Position numbers and translations under genes: made by a program. DNA of 64,000 nt from a virus. Where the stretch lies: the IMG/VR virus record IMGVR_UViG_3300029258_001887. One strand, given 5' to 3'. The notes under the pieces were generated by a model. The model was given only the letters and a program-made list of their open reading frames with translations. It was not told where the DNA came from and searched no databases. Shown here in pieces: positions 62,875 to 64,000 of this stretch; position 1 is the stretch's first letter, and the number at the start of each line of letters is the position of its first letter.

Positions 62875-63235
62875 TTTCCATCCCCTTGTTTCGCTCGATG
62901 TTCACACACGCAGCCGTTTTACCCTTCCGGCCCGGTTTCACATCGTTAATAACCACACGCTGTCCTCTGGGTAAGTCCATAATCAGATGGTGATAGTAAA
63001 GCCCCGCTTCTCCTATCTGTTGTTCAGTCAGTTGTCGCAGACTCTCTGGCCGTCCCGTGGTCAGAACGACCGTATAGCCTTTGTAGGCCCACTGTTTGAA
63101 CGCCTCTCTGGCCCCAGGCAGTAACTCACATGGGTTGGTCAGTATTTCAGCTATATCCCCGTGGTGCTTGAAAACGCAACCATCCAGATCGCAAAATACG
63201 GTCTTGATATATACAGCATGATCAATCTGTGACAT
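62861..63235 (-). CDS. HAD-family phosphatase
   Basis: FCDLDG; TTGR; INDVKP. Confidence 0.8.
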   Translation of the reverse strand: MSQIDHAVYIKTVFCDLDGCVFKHHGDIAEILTNPCELLPGAREAFKQWAYKGYTVVLTTGRPESLRQLTEQQIGEAGLYYHHLIMDLPRGQRVVINDVKPGRKGKTAACVNIERNKGMENVDI

Positions 63236-64000
63236 CGACCAATCCTTCGTCAAGAACCTCATCTTCGTCGGTGCCGTTTATCAAGTCCTGCGCTTTCCAG
63301 AGCTTGTCCAGGGCAACTACTCCCAGGAAGTCAAACTTAACGGCACCCATATCCTCTGCATTGTACATCTCCAGACCCACCACGCGATCCTTATTTCGTG
63401 CATCATAGGCCAGCGGCATAAATTCGACAATGGGTCTATCTGCGATGACGACTCCAGCCGCGTGCTTGGACTGAGATTTCTTGGTGCCCTCAATTCGCAT
63501 GGCTTGATCAAACAACGGCTTAAACCACTCATACGCATCCTGGACCTGTTCCACATTGTGAACAGCCCACTGTAGAATGCCGTAGTCGTCACCCTGTTCG
63601 GCCCGTGCCTGCCGCAACTCATCTGCGATGCTGGCTTCGTCGGGTATATACTGCGTTATGTCATTGCATAGGTCGTGCGGTGTCATGTTGATGTCGTCAG
63701 CGTCCTTACCCTCTTTCACAGCCTTGACCTTCATCAAATGTCTGACTGTATCTGGGTGAGCCCGAAATACTTCCTTGAGAGCCGCTTTGCCTTGTAGGCG
63801 ACCGAAGGTGATCATTTGGGCGACATATTCCTCTCCCCATCGTTCTTTGAGGTAGGCGATGACTTCGTTGCGGAACACAACTCCGATGTCGGTGTCGATA
63901 TCCGGGAGGCTGATGTGTCCGTCATGGGTTTTGACCTTGCGGCTGACATCCAATTCGTCGCGGCCCGCCAGAGTCAGACCCAGCCCATAAGCCAAGTGTG
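63222..64000 (-). CDS. dnaE: DNA polymerase III alpha, palm-containing part (5' end outside window)
   Basis: SLPDIDTD, QMITFG, KHAAGVVI, KFDFLG, then stop about 30 aa later. Confidence 0.9.
   Translation of the reverse strand, partial: HLAYGLGLTLAGRDELDVSRKVKTHDGHISLPDIDTDIGVVFRNEVIAYLKERWGEEYVAQMITFGRLQGKAALKEVFRAHPDTVRHLMKVKAVKEGKDADDINMTPHDLCNDITQYIPDEASIADELRQARAEQGDDYGILQWAVHNVEQVQDAYEWFKPLFDQAMRIEGTKKSQSKHAAGVVIADRPIVEFMPLAYDARNKDRVVGLEMYNAEDMGAVKFDFLGVVALDKLWKAQDLINGTDEDEVLDEGLVDVTD

Overview
64-kb segment of a large tailed bacteriophage (jumbo-like, genetic code 11). The host cannot be determined from sequence alone; a PVC-type host is only a guess. Three zones. (i) 1-16.3 kb, + strand: a translation-support and counter-defence island with a tmRNA, 22 tRNAs plus one tRNA-like RNA with a remodelled anticodon arm, a ~300-nt tRNA-capped structured RNA, an RNA ligase, a macrodomain, a NADAR-like protein, HPRT, a radical SAM enzyme, a pyrimidine-dimer glycosylase and several intact or decayed HNH endonucleases. 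(ii) 16.4-42.6 kb, + strand: tail/virion module with a tape measure gene and large Ser-Gly-rich structural proteins. (iii) 42.6-64 kb, - strand: recombination/replication genes (Whirly-like, Rad52-like, SSB, sigma factor, DnaE split into two genes) interleaved with a large glycosyltransferase and sugar-modification cluster that includes an intein-containing glycosyltransferase. The best candidate for a new system is a set of leader-peptide transcription attenuators (short ORF, antiterminator, intrinsic terminator) placed in front of the tRNA arrays, with leader codons that match the downstream tRNAs. The clearest case is a Gln/Ser-rich leader directly upstream of tRNA-Ser(UGA), tRNA-Ser(GCU) and tRNA-Gln(UUG). 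This suggests the phage senses loss of specific host tRNAs and switches on replacements. All family assignments come from motif recognition by eye, not database searches.
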